Shown here piece after piece: positions 49,097 to 59,358 of a DNA stretch of 64,000 nucleotides. The position numbers and the translations under genes were made by a program. The stretch comes from a bacterium (GTDB lineage Bacteria; Bacteroidota; Ignavibacteria; UBA10030): positions 36,383 through 100,382 of the forward strand of contig JAZDJN010000027.1 in NCBI GenBank assembly GCA_043803945.1. The letters run 5' to 3'. The notes under the pieces were generated by a model. The model saw nothing but the letters and a program-made list of their open reading frames with translations. It was not told where the DNA came from and made no database searches. The first letter of the stretch is position 1, and every line of letters begins with the position of its first letter.

Positions 49097-50170
49097 ATGC
49101 GCTGCGCACTTCAATGTATTCTGATGATGTTACTATTGGTATGGTTTGGCCAATCAAGCGACGCCCAGCAGCCAAAAAGAATCTTATTTAATTGGGACAA
49201 TACAGTAGATGTCAACCGGCCTCTTCGTCTCCAAAACACAAAGAAACTCCCTCTCATTATGGTAAAGGGGAATAAGTTCGTCAATAGTCGGGGTGACGCC
49301 GTACTCTTTCGCGGAGCAGCGATTGCTGATCCCGATAAGATTGAACAGCAGAAGCGATGGAATAAAACTCTTTTTGAGAAAGTGAAGGAATATGGTGCCA
49401 CCATTGTGCGGATTCCGGTTCATCCTGTCCCGTGGAGGATGCGGACACCTGAGAAATATATCCAATTACTCGACCAGGCCGTTAATTGGTGTACTGAACT
49501 TGACATGTATATCATTATCGACTGGCACTCAATCGGAAATCTTGGCATGGAACTCTTCCAGGATCCTGTGTATGTCACCACAAAACAGGAGACATACGAA
49601 TTCTGGAGAACAATGGCTGTGCATTATAAAGGGCACAATACAGTGGCATTCTTTGAGATTTTTAATGAGCCGACATTGTATAACGGACAATTGGGAAGAA
49701 TTTCATGGACGGAGTGGAAGGAGATTAATGAGAATATTATCAGTCTCATTCGTGCCTACGATACCGAGAAAATTCCTCTCGTGGCCGGTTTAGATTGGGG
49801 ATATGACCTTACACCTCTCCATATCGAACCTATCGAGGCGGAAGGGATTGGTTATGTGACTCATCCCTATCCTCATAAGCGGCAAAAGCCGTACGAACCG
49901 AAATGGGACGAAGCATTTGGATTTGCTGCAGATCGCTATCCGGTGTTTGCAACTGAATTTAGTTTTGTGCTGGGGAAGCAAGGGATGGCAGACAATGGTG
50001 AATATGGTTATGCAATCATTAAATATCTGGAATCGAAGGGGATTAGTTGGGTAACGTGGGTTTTTGATCCCAATTGGTTCCCTCAACTGATTGAATCCTG
50101 GGATACCTTTAAATTAACGGAGGGAGGCGAATTTTTTAAAAAAGCTCTCCATAAGGAAATTGCGAGGTAA
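49097..50170 (+). CDS. GH5 endoglucanase/glucomannanase
   Basis: AAGGAGG RBS; signal peptide; IVRIPVHP, IIDWH, FEIFNEP, VTHPY, FATEF. Confidence 0.88.
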   Translation: MRCALQCILMMLLLVWFGQSSDAQQPKRILFNWDNTVDVNRPLRLQNTKKLPLIMVKGNKFVNSRGDAVLFRGAAIADPDKIEQQKRWNKTLFEKVKEYGATIVRIPVHPVPWRMRTPEKYIQLLDQAVNWCTELDMYIIIDWHSIGNLGMELFQDPVYVTTKQETYEFWRTMAVHYKGHNTVAFFEIFNEPTLYNGQLGRISWTEWKEINENIISLIRAYDTEKIPLVAGLDWGYDLTPLHIEPIEAEGIGYVTHPYPHKRQKPYEPKWDEAFGFAADRYPVFATEFSFVLGKQGMADNGEYGYAIIKYLESKGISWVTWVFDPNWFPQLIESWDTFKLTEGGEFFKKALHKEIAR

Positions 50171-51023
50171 CAAGGTCCGGGTACAGCTTTATCACTTTCG
50201 AAATCTAACGTGTCAGGTTGTTCAGCAGGAAAGCTCGTCTTTATTAGATTAATATGGATTTATTAATTTGATAAAGGCAGGTGTTTGCCACTCAGATGCA
50301 GGGTTCGGTTTTCATCTGAAAACTCCAATCGGGCAGTATTTTTTCTGGCATTCGATATGTTTCTCCCTTTTGGGTTATCCTTGGTTTTTCATTTCAAATG
50401 ATAATAGACTATGAAAATTTGTTCAGTAGTATGAATTGCAGATGATTTACGGGTCTAATCATCTCTGCTCAATCTAATCGAACCAAGCAAATATCATCGA
50501 TAATTAATGATGCTTCAAACAATCCACCATGACGGGCATCTTTTGGAATCAATTTTTCCTCTCAGCCATTCCGCCACAATCCTCCTAAGTCATCAAAAAT
50601 CAGAATGTTATGTGAAGAGTTTGAGATGGGGATTCAACATAGACCGAATAAATTATGACTATAACAGTCTTGATAGACACTATAGTGGCACGACATCGTG
50701 CAGCATGAACAAATCAATAATCTCCATCAAACGCACCCGTGTTTTCAATGGAAGTTGCAGAACTGTATCATCTCTTGGAGAATCCTGGAATGAGGGAACG
50801 AGATCCGCTCAGTCCAAAACAGATTTGTCAAAGGTATGGAATCTAACAGATCTTGACTTTCAATGTCAAAAATCTAATCTTGCTGGTGGCGTTCACGGTC
50901 AAAGCACTCTTCCAGATGATAAGCATCGCACAACCGATATTACCCGTACAGATTCACTCTCACACTCAGCAACGAAAAGAAACGCAATTGGATAACAGAA
51001 GAAAAATCCATAAGGAGAATATT

Positions 51024-53993
51024 ATGTCTATCGGTATCTCTTATCGTCAACGAAGACTTGCTTATGGACTCATCATTGGTCTACTCTTTTTGATTCAATC
51101 GGTAATTGCCCAGGGATCCGGTTCGATTAAGGGATCAGTCGTCGATAATGAAACCGGTGAAGTACTCATTGGAGCAAATATTCTTATCCAAACAACAAGT
51201 CTGGGGGCAAATTCTGACCTGGATGGAAATTTTAAAATACCAATCGTCCCTGCAGGAAAGTGGATCATTCGGGTATCGTTTGTTGGCTATGCTCCAGTGA
51301 CGCGTGAAGTAACGGTCATTGAAGACAAAACATCGGAAGAAAAATTCCGTCTCACCGCACGGGCTATTATGCGTGAGGCAGTCATTATCACTGCTCAGGT
51401 GAAAGGGCAGGATGCAGCGATCAACCAACAACTGGCTTCAAACACCATCAGCAATATTGTTGCCCGTGACCGTATCAAGGAATTGCCCGATGTCAATGCA
51501 GCAGAGTCCATTGGAAGGCTGCCAGGTGTCTCCATCAGCCGGTCGGGGGGCGAGGCGAACAGAGTGTCGATCCGCGGACTATCGCCGAAGTATAACACCG
51601 TAACGCTGAATGGCGTTGCTGTGCCGGCAACCGGCGGTGATGATAGGAGTGTTGATCTCTCGCTCATTTCGTCGACGATGCTTGATGGCATCGAACTAAA
51701 GAAAGCCAATACGCCTGACATGGATGCCGATGCTGTCGGCGGAACAGTTGACCTGCGATTAAAGGAGGCCCCGGAAAATTTTGAGTTCAATGCCACGGCA
51801 CAAGCCGGCTATAACCAATTGCAGAAGTACTATGGTAATTACAATTTCAGTGCAAACATCAGCGACCGGTTTTTGGAAGGAGATCTTGGTATTATCGGCA
51901 GTTTTAATATGGATAACTTTGATCGGAGTGCCGATAAGTTCTCAGGCAACTATCGGGAAAAACAAACCGGTGGAGTGACAGGAATTGCAGTAACCTCCAT
52001 TCTACTTCGGGAGGAAAAAGTAAAACGGGGACGCACAGGTGCAAGTCTGTTGCTCGATTATCGCATCCCTTATGGAAAGGCTACACTGAATTCCTTCTTT
52101 AACCGTTTGAATTGGGATGGACTCTATCGCATCAACAGGATGAATGTGAACGACAACCGTCACTATTATGATCTTGAAGATCGAGGCGGGATCACTTCAA
52201 TTTTTACCGGAGCTTTGGGAGTGAAGCAGGACTTTGACTGGATTAAGTACGATTTGAATATTGCTCGGACTGGAACCCATTCGGATAGTCCTGATGATCG
52301 CACCTGGACATTCGCCCAGGAAAACGCAGCATTTCTCGGAGTCACCAATGAGACGCGGGCAATTGAAGTGCCAACCTTCGCCACCGTCGATACGAATATT
52401 ACGGGATTATCCTCGATGTTTATCTACGGAACCCGGCGGAATGAAAACCAATCCTCCATTCAACTGAACATTCAGATGCCGTTCCACATTGCCGATTTTC
52501 TCAGCGGCTATGTAAAATTTGGAGGAAAACTTCGAACACTCAAACGGAATAATGATGAAAATCAGAGCGGCCGGGACGGACTTCAATATGGCAGCAGCAC
52601 CGGATTGAATCAACCGCTAGCAGTGACGCTAAAAAACCTTGCTCACTGGTATCCGGATCAATTCAACTGGCCGAACGATTCTACAATGGCAAGGAAGTAC
52701 GGTATCATTCCCATCTGGCGATTCAGGAGCGATTATTCCCGATCAGACTTCCTCAAGAATCAATATCCTCTCGGTTATGTAGTCAACGAAGGATTGATGA
52801 ATAAAATGACCGAAGGCATGCATGGCACTGCAGAATGGCTGCCGTATGCGATCGGTTCAAGAGGACGTGACTACGATGGCGAAGAACGATATCAGGCAGC
52901 GTACTTCATGGCGTCGCTCAATCTGGGAGAATATGCGACCCTGATTCCAGGAGTGCGTTTCGAACAGGATTACTCCAAGTATCATGGACAGAGCTACCGG
53001 GAGGCCACACTGAACAACATTCAGGCAGAGCCGGCGGATCTAGTGTTGCTTGAGAATGAACGTAAAAATAAATTCTGGCTGCCGATGCTTCATCTGTCGA
53101 TCCAACCGATCGACTGGATAAAAATCCGATTTGCACGCACCGAAACACTTACCCGGCCCGATTATATCCAGTATGCACCAATCACTTCTATTAATGTCTA
53201 TCAAAGCTATATCCGTGCCGCGAATGCAGAACTCAGGCCGGCCCGATCCAAGAACTACGATGTGGCAATCTCAATCTATGAAAACCACATTGGCTTGTTC
53301 TCCGTTTCAGGATTCTATAAGAAAATTTACGACCTCATTATGCAGAGCACAATATACTACCAGCCTGGGATCACGTTACCAGAGGGATTGAACATCCCCT
53401 CCAAATGGCTCGCGAATGCGAGCCCCCAGATTGATACGTACACCAACAATCCCTATGCGGCAGAATATCGAGGATTCGAAGTTGAGTGGCAGACCAACTT
53501 TTGGTATTTAACTTCGATCTTCCAGGGGGTTGTATTGAATGTGAATTATACCAGAATCTTCTCAGAAATCGAGAAAGAGTTGTTTTTCGTCATTAATGGG
53601 CCCCAAATTCCGGGCACCCGTCCGCCGCGATTCTCAAAAATCCTGGTTGATAGTTCCAGATTCGCACGTATGCCGGATCAACCGAAGCATATTGCCAATG
53701 TCACCCTTGGGTACGATTACGAAGGATTCTCAGCTCGCCTCTCGTATCTCTATCAAACGGATAAGACGACATTCATCAGTCTGGAACCGATTCTTGATAA
53801 CTTCTCCGGGACATATGCACGCTGGGATCTTACGCTGCAGCAAAACATTGGCTGGGGGATACAGCTTTTTGCCAACTTCACAAACCTGAACAATAGGCCC
53901 GATGAGAATTTCCGCGGGTACACATTAACCGATCCAGCATATATCGAGTATTACGGTTTTTCCAGCGATGTTGGTATCCGATACAGATTCTAG
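51024..53993 (+). CDS. TonB-dependent receptor with N-terminal carboxypeptidase-regulatory-like domain
   Basis: AAGGAG RBS; GSIKGSVVD..TGE.LIGA; plug ELPDVNAAESIGRLPGV..IRGL..YN; C-terminal NLNN..GIRYRF. Confidence 0.95.
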   Translation: MSIGISYRQRRLAYGLIIGLLFLIQSVIAQGSGSIKGSVVDNETGEVLIGANILIQTTSLGANSDLDGNFKIPIVPAGKWIIRVSFVGYAPVTREVTVIEDKTSEEKFRLTARAIMREAVIITAQVKGQDAAINQQLASNTISNIVARDRIKELPDVNAAESIGRLPGVSISRSGGEANRVSIRGLSPKYNTVTLNGVAVPATGGDDRSVDLSLISSTMLDGIELKKANTPDMDADAVGGTVDLRLKEAPENFEFNATAQAGYNQLQKYYGNYNFSANISDRFLEGDLGIIGSFNMDNFDRSADKFSGNYREKQTGGVTGIAVTSILLREEKVKRGRTGASLLLDYRIPYGKATLNSFFNRLNWDGLYRINRMNVNDNRHYYDLEDRGGITSIFTGALGVKQDFDWIKYDLNIARTGTHSDSPDDRTWTFAQENAAFLGVTNETRAIEVPTFATVDTNITGLSSMFIYGTRRNENQSSIQLNIQMPFHIADFLSGYVKFGGKLRTLKRNNDENQSGRDGLQYGSSTGLNQPLAVTLKNLAHWYPDQFNWPNDSTMARKYGIIPIWRFRSDYSRSDFLKNQYPLGYVVNEGLMNKMTEGMHGTAEWLPYAIGSRGRDYDGEERYQAAYFMASLNLGEYATLIPGVRFEQDYSKYHGQSYREATLNNIQAEPADLVLLENERKNKFWLPMLHLSIQPIDWIKIRFARTETLTRPDYIQYAPITSINVYQSYIRAANAELRPARSKNYDVAISIYENHIGLFSVSGFYKKIYDLIMQSTIYYQPGITLPEGLNIPSKWLANASPQIDTYTNNPYAAEYRGFEVEWQTNFWYLTSIFQGVVLNVNYTRIFSEIEKELFFVINGPQIPGTRPPRFSKILVDSSRFARMPDQPKHIANVTLGYDYEGFSARLSYLYQTDKTTFISLEPILDNFSGTYARWDLTLQQNIGWGIQLFANFTNLNNRPDENFRGYTLTDPAYIEYYGFSSDVGIRYRF

Positions 53994-54056
53994 ATGTCTA
54001 TCGTCGAATGCAATCATTAACCAACAAATCCACCAACAAACAATAGGAGAATTCCT

Positions 54057-56594
54057 ATGAAACTCAACTACGGCATTATTCTTCTGGCGTTCATCGCAGT
54101 CGTTGTTTTCTGGCCTGCCGAACGGGCAAAGGCTCAGGCGAGCGATACGCTCACGGTGCAGTGGGCAAATACAGACGGTTCTGTGAAAGTAAATTCTCTC
54201 GTCGATGCAGTACGAGGTGACACAACCGCTGCGGGCGCCAGAAAAAGCGCAAACCGTGTCTATAAGCTGTTACGAGGTGGTTTCTACTGGGTTACAGAGC
54301 GTATTGAAAACAAGGGATACCATCTGCGTATCGTTGGGGAGGTACCGGGAGCAAAATACGATGAAAATCCCGCTGCTATCCAGATGTATCCACGAGCTGA
54401 TGGGACTGTTGATGGCCGTGTCATAAGCGGTCAAAGTGATGTAACGTTAAAGAATCTCTGGCTCACTGGTCGTGATTATAATGGTGTCCAGACATATTAT
54501 CAGCCATACCAGATGGATGCAACCAACAGTCGCTTTGTTATCGACAATTGTATAATTGAGTATACCAACTTTGCTCCCATCGCATGGACGGGTAAGGGAA
54601 ATAAAATTTTCTATACAAACACCAAGTTCCGGAATATTATCGGTCAGCCTAGCACTCAACAATGGGAAGGCCGTGGCATATCGATCTGGGCAGATCAGGA
54701 TAGTGTTGTTGTCGAGAACTGCACATTTTTCAATGTGGGATTCACAGCACTCCAAATTGAAGGCGGGGCGGCAAGCTACCTTCGATTCAACCACAATACA
54801 TTGGTGAATGTAGGCCGCTCCATCAACACCGGTAACTGGTTCCGTGAAGCCTATTTCGCCAATAACCTCTGCATCAACGTCTGGTGGCATGGAGAGGGAT
54901 ACGTCGATATGTCCAATGTGAATCGTGATGTACGAGACGTTCATGGCGGTCTCTTCAGCATTGGTGCATTGCCATCACAATATGGTCCTGAACAGGGTCG
55001 TCGGATTGTCTTCACAAATACCGCAGCGTATCTCGATCCGAAATTTGTGACCTTCTATAAGGATACAATCCGAAGAGCGTTCTTTGTCAATCCAATCACA
55101 AAATTCGACTTCCTTGCAAAGTACAGTGCAATGAAGATCAAAGATACAACATGGCTGACCACCGAACCCGGCATCCCGGTCTATTCTACCATTACGGCGA
55201 TCATCGATTCGATGATCAAGAATATCAAAGATCTTCGTGCAGGGATTACTCCAGCACAGCGGTATTTCTATAAGCCATCGCAGTATCCAACAGATGTTGT
55301 ATGGCCATTGCCAGAGAATTTTGCCTACACGAATACCACACTCAAAACTGGCGGCTCTGATGGTTTGCCTCTTGGTGACTTGAACTGGTTCCCAACTGAT
55401 AAAGCAAAATGGGAAACAAACAAAGTGAAATACATTGCGGATATCGAAGCCCTTGCCGGTCCGAAGATTAAACTCGATGTTGTCAGCACATCGCAAGCAG
55501 AAGCCGGTACACTTTCAGGATCTTCTGCCATTTCCACGTTCACTGGATTCTCTTACTTCCAGATGGACGGCGGCGGATTCCTGCAATGGGATTTCACTCT
55601 GGCCGCAGCCGGACAGTTGGATCTGAATATCTGGACGCATATGCGCAACAACAGTATGAGGGGCCAGCATACATTTGTCAACGGCGTAGAGATCCATGAT
55701 TCAAACCATGGTTGGGGAGAATTAATTTATGATAACGCTGCCGGTGTAACCTCTGGTATGAAAATCAACGAGTGGACTTGGGTAAAGTGGACGCAAGCGG
55801 ATCTCAAGGAAGCCGGAGCATTAACATTCAAGGCGGGTGCAAATACAATCAAGATGTCCTCTTCATGGGGATGGCAGAACTTTGCCGGTGTTGACCTGCT
55901 CACTCCGGGTACGACGACTGTTGTCAAGTCGCTTCGGGCACCTGATGTAACTTCGTACGAAATCGTTTTACCAATCGGCGAAGGTGCGAAATTTACTCCG
56001 AGCGGTTTCAAGTCCGTTAAACTTGGCTCGAGTGGAAGCATTGCCTGGAGCATGACCGCCGCTACTGCGGGAACGTATCGGCTCAATGTGTTCTATCAAA
56101 ATCCGGGTACCGCACAAACCGGACAAATTAAGGTCGATGCCGCAACGGTTATTTCAAATCTTGCCATGGCAGTAAAGACGGATTCTACAGGCACCAATGT
56201 GTTGTCCGATCCATTTACCATGTCAGCCGGTGCTCATACAATTACCCTGACTGGAAGCCAGGCGAATGTGGACTATGTGCAACTGGTGAAAGAAACCTCG
56301 GTGAGCGGCATTGGCGACGCCGAAATTCCGCAGGGCTTTGCATTGGCACAGAACTATCCGAATCCATTCAATCCCACAACAACAATTCGCTTCTCTATTG
56401 GTACTTCGTCGAAAGTACTCCTGACCGTGTATAACATCCTCGGTCAAAAAGTAGCGACATTGCTCGATACAAAAATGGATGCCGGTACCTACATGTACAA
56501 TTTCGATGCCGGTCGATTATCTACCGGTGTTTATTTCTATCATCTGGAAGCTGGTAATTTCCGTTCGATCAAGAAAATGATGCTGATCAAATAG
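54057..56594 (+). CDS. T9SS-secreted protein: parallel beta-helix-like domain + tandem CBM35/CBM6-like modules + CTD
   Basis: Signal peptide; Asn-rich repeats (IDNCIIE, VENCTFFN, FNHNTLVN, ANNL); DGLPLGDLNWFP; QAEAG...SSWGW...VDYVQL; LAQNYPNPFNP. Confidence 0.75.
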   Translation: MKLNYGIILLAFIAVVVFWPAERAKAQASDTLTVQWANTDGSVKVNSLVDAVRGDTTAAGARKSANRVYKLLRGGFYWVTERIENKGYHLRIVGEVPGAKYDENPAAIQMYPRADGTVDGRVISGQSDVTLKNLWLTGRDYNGVQTYYQPYQMDATNSRFVIDNCIIEYTNFAPIAWTGKGNKIFYTNTKFRNIIGQPSTQQWEGRGISIWADQDSVVVENCTFFNVGFTALQIEGGAASYLRFNHNTLVNVGRSINTGNWFREAYFANNLCINVWWHGEGYVDMSNVNRDVRDVHGGLFSIGALPSQYGPEQGRRIVFTNTAAYLDPKFVTFYKDTIRRAFFVNPITKFDFLAKYSAMKIKDTTWLTTEPGIPVYSTITAIIDSMIKNIKDLRAGITPAQRYFYKPSQYPTDVVWPLPENFAYTNTTLKTGGSDGLPLGDLNWFPTDKAKWETNKVKYIADIEALAGPKIKLDVVSTSQAEAGTLSGSSAISTFTGFSYFQMDGGGFLQWDFTLAAAGQLDLNIWTHMRNNSMRGQHTFVNGVEIHDSNHGWGELIYDNAAGVTSGMKINEWTWVKWTQADLKEAGALTFKAGANTIKMSSSWGWQNFAGVDLLTPGTTTVVKSLRAPDVTSYEIVLPIGEGAKFTPSGFKSVKLGSSGSIAWSMTAATAGTYRLNVFYQNPGTAQTGQIKVDAATVISNLAMAVKTDSTGTNVLSDPFTMSAGAHTITLTGSQANVDYVQLVKETSVSGIGDAEIPQGFALAQNYPNPFNPTTTIRFSIGTSSKVLLTVYNILGQKVATLLDTKMDAGTYMYNFDAGRLSTGVYFYHLEAGNFRSIKKMMLIK

Positions 56595-56630
56595 AGACCT
56601 GGCTGCTAGATCGTTGTAAAGTATGTTGGG

Positions 56631-56668
56631 GGCCGGCACGCGAAACGAGATGCCGGCCACTCTTTTTT
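56631..56668 (+). terminator. rho-independent terminator after the TBDR pair
   Basis: GGCCGGCA-N12-TGCCGGCC then ACTCTTTTTT. Confidence 0.75.
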
Positions 56669-56719
56669 CCCTACCAAGGGGAGAAGCTTTTCCTGTCGGT
56701 CTAACATCAAGGAGCTGTT

Positions 56720-57439
56720 ATGGAAGAGGTGACTTGCATAAAGACCTTGGCACGAATGATCGACCACTCCCTCCTTCACCCCACGATGACAGATGAAAGC
56801 ATTCTGAAGGGTTGTGAGCTTGCCAAACAGTATGATGTGGCAACGGTCTGCATAAAACCCTATGCCATTCCATTGACACGGAGTGTTCTCGAGAACTCCG
56901 ATGTAGGACTCTGTGTCGTCGTCGCTTTTCCACACGGCAACAGTACAACGTCAATAAAAGTACAAGAGACCGAAGAGGCGTTATCGGGTGGTGCGACAGA
57001 AATCGATATAGTCGTGAATATCGGCAAGGTTCTCAGCGATGATTGGGACTATGTGACCTCAGAAATTGCAGCGATCAATGAGGTGGTGGTGAAACGAGGT
57101 GCGGCTCTGAAAGTGATATTTGAAAATGATTTTCTTGAAGACCGGCATATTCTCAAACTCTGTGAACTTTGTTCGGCGAATGAAGTTGCGTTCGTGAAGA
57201 CTTCAACCGGCTATGGATTTGTAAGACAAGCGAATGGTATGTACTCATATGCAGGTGCAACTGACCACCATCTGAAACTTATGCGAAGTCATTGCCCTCC
57301 ATCGGTGCAAGTAAAAGCCGCTGGCGGGATACGCACGCTCACAGACCTGCTTCGGGTCCGAGAACTCGGCGTGACTCGGGTTGGGGCCACAGCAACACAA
57401 GAAATTTTGGAAGAGGCAAAACGGCAAGGGTATCGCTAA
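56720..57439 (+). CDS. deoC: deoxyribose-phosphate aldolase family protein
   Basis: IDHSLLHP, VVAFPHG, GATEIDIV, LKVIFE, FVKTSTGY, VKAAGGIR, TRVGA. Confidence 0.92.
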   Translation: MEEVTCIKTLARMIDHSLLHPTMTDESILKGCELAKQYDVATVCIKPYAIPLTRSVLENSDVGLCVVVAFPHGNSTTSIKVQETEEALSGGATEIDIVVNIGKVLSDDWDYVTSEIAAINEVVVKRGAALKVIFENDFLEDRHILKLCELCSANEVAFVKTSTGYGFVRQANGMYSYAGATDHHLKLMRSHCPPSVQVKAAGGIRTLTDLLRVRELGVTRVGATATQEILEEAKRQGYR

Positions 57440-57495
57440 GCCCTCAAGAGTGCAGAACACTGGAAGTTATCAGCTTTCCTTTGAAAGATGATTCT

Positions 57496-59205
57496 ATGAA
57501 ATTCTTAACGTGTGTTGTGCTGGTGTTCTACTTCGTGCAGGTGTCTGATGAACTCTTTGCGGGAGCATGGGGTGAGAAACCAACAGAAGGCACACAGTAT
57601 CAATCACTCAGCTTTCGTTTCACGGAAAATTTGCACTTCACAAATCCTTTCGATCTCGAATCAAATCAGGTGGTCTTGGTTATCCGGCAACCCGACTACT
57701 CCAGCAAGGTGATCTCATTCTTCTATGATGGATTATCTCAAGAGAAGGTGGAGCAATGGGAGGCGCGTTTTGCACCAAGCCAGCCGGGCCTCCATCGATT
57801 GAGCATTGTCATCAACGGAAAAGCCAAAGAACAGTTCAACGTGCAAGTGAAACCTCATCGAGAGGGTAACGATGGAGGATTGAAGATCTCCGACCGGCTT
57901 GGTGTCTTCGAATTTGAATCCGGGAAAACATTTCGAGGCATCGGCCTGAATGTGTGCTGGGCGATGAGCTACGAATACTTTTTCAAAAAAATGCAGGCAT
58001 CAGGGATAACAATCGCCCGCATCTGGCTCTGTCCGTGGAACCTCTCGTTTGAATGGAAAGAAACAGGGCTCGGTCGATATAACCTGGAATCGGCACGCAG
58101 ATTGGATGACATCATTGCTCTGGCAGAACGGTACAGCATCTATGTGATTCTCTGTATGGATTATCATGGAATTGCACCGAAAGGGATGGGATACTTTAAA
58201 GAGAACCGGTGGCTGGCCAGTCCCTATAATCGGATGAACGGCGGGCCTTGTGCGAACGAAGCAGATCTCTTTACCGATCCCGAAGCGAAGGAGTACTATA
58301 AAAAGAAATACAAATACATCGTTTCCCGCTATGGCGCCAGTGCACATCTAGCAGCATGGGAATTTTTCAACGAGGCTGACCTCATGGCAGGCCAATCGAT
58401 CCCAATCAATCGCTGGCACATTGAAATGGCAGAGTATGTAAAATCAATCGATGTACACAAGCGCCTCGTTTCGAGCAGCTCGACAAGAAAGTATATAGAA
58501 AAACTGGTGGATGCGTTTAAGTCGCCCGCTACAGATTTTGTCATGTTTCACGAGTACAACACGTTGAATATGGCGCCCTATGTTATAGATTTGCATGAGG
58601 CTGCGACGGAATATTATCAAAAGCCTGTTATCCTCGGTGAATTTGGCATTGAATTTCGGGGAGGCGATCGGACCTTTAAAGCCGACTCGCAGCATATCGG
58701 TCTCCATAATGGAATATGGGCTGGCTGGTTCAGTGAAACACCTGTCGTACCTATGAGCTGGTGGTGGGACAATTATATCGATGCACATAACCTTTGGCAT
58801 GAATATGCCGCATTGACTCGCTTCGCACAGTCGATGGAGTTCGAGGGGAAGCATCTTGCCTTCAAGACTCTTGATCCTGGGTATCTTATCGCGAAACCGA
58901 AGGAGCAGGCTGCATGCATGGTGCGCTGTATCTACTTCAGTGATCACGCTGCACTTTGGTTGAAACATCTCGATTACCAATGGTCTCTCGTGAGTGAAGG
59001 CATCCAGCCGGCGAAACTTGGTTCTTTTACACAAGTTGTACCTCATCTAGTGCCGGGGCAGTATACTGTTCGTTGGTACGATCCCCAAGCCGGGCAATTT
59101 TCTGAGAAGCTCGATGCCGCGGAGGTGAAGCAGGATGGAGTTCTCAGTCTCACAATTCCTGTCCTCACAACGGATCTTGCGTGCCTCCTGATCCGGAAGC
59201 AGTAA
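57496..59205 (+). CDS. clan GH-A (GH5-like) glycoside hydrolase with DUF5060-like N-terminal domain
   Basis: Signal peptide; NPFD...FFYDG..WEARFAP (DUF5060-like); GLNVCW, AAWEFFNE, ILGEFG, MSWWWD. Confidence 0.75.
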   Translation: MKFLTCVVLVFYFVQVSDELFAGAWGEKPTEGTQYQSLSFRFTENLHFTNPFDLESNQVVLVIRQPDYSSKVISFFYDGLSQEKVEQWEARFAPSQPGLHRLSIVINGKAKEQFNVQVKPHREGNDGGLKISDRLGVFEFESGKTFRGIGLNVCWAMSYEYFFKKMQASGITIARIWLCPWNLSFEWKETGLGRYNLESARRLDDIIALAERYSIYVILCMDYHGIAPKGMGYFKENRWLASPYNRMNGGPCANEADLFTDPEAKEYYKKKYKYIVSRYGASAHLAAWEFFNEADLMAGQSIPINRWHIEMAEYVKSIDVHKRLVSSSSTRKYIEKLVDAFKSPATDFVMFHEYNTLNMAPYVIDLHEAATEYYQKPVILGEFGIEFRGGDRTFKADSQHIGLHNGIWAGWFSETPVVPMSWWWDNYIDAHNLWHEYAALTRFAQSMEFEGKHLAFKTLDPGYLIAKPKEQAACMVRCIYFSDHAALWLKHLDYQWSLVSEGIQPAKLGSFTQVVPHLVPGQYTVRWYDPQAGQFSEKLDAAEVKQDGVLSLTIPVLTTDLACLLIRKQ

Positions 59206-59358
59206 ACAGCCACGAGAAAATGAGGATTTCAATGCAAGTCTGTGATCGATTAGGCATTCTACGATGGTGGCTCGTCACATTGCTGTGATCATGTGTCCAA
59301 CACAGAAGAGCAATAAGTTTGAAGAAATAGCATTGATGGATACTATCAGGAGATAACG

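Noticed and set aside
50686-50702. TGGCACGACATCGTGCA as a sigma54 promoter
   Set aside because: GG-to-GC spacing is 11 nt rather than the required 10; kept only as a palindrome.
50507-50995. 162-aa ORF upstream of the TonB receptor
   Set aside because: No RBS or motifs and atypical composition; more likely regulatory DNA.
1756-57495. Upstream starts given by the ORF track (1756, 6827, 12057, 18416, 31959, 33373, 47221, 48887, 50853, 57292)
   Set aside because: Downstream starts fit RBS position, signal peptides or family N-termini better, so those were used.
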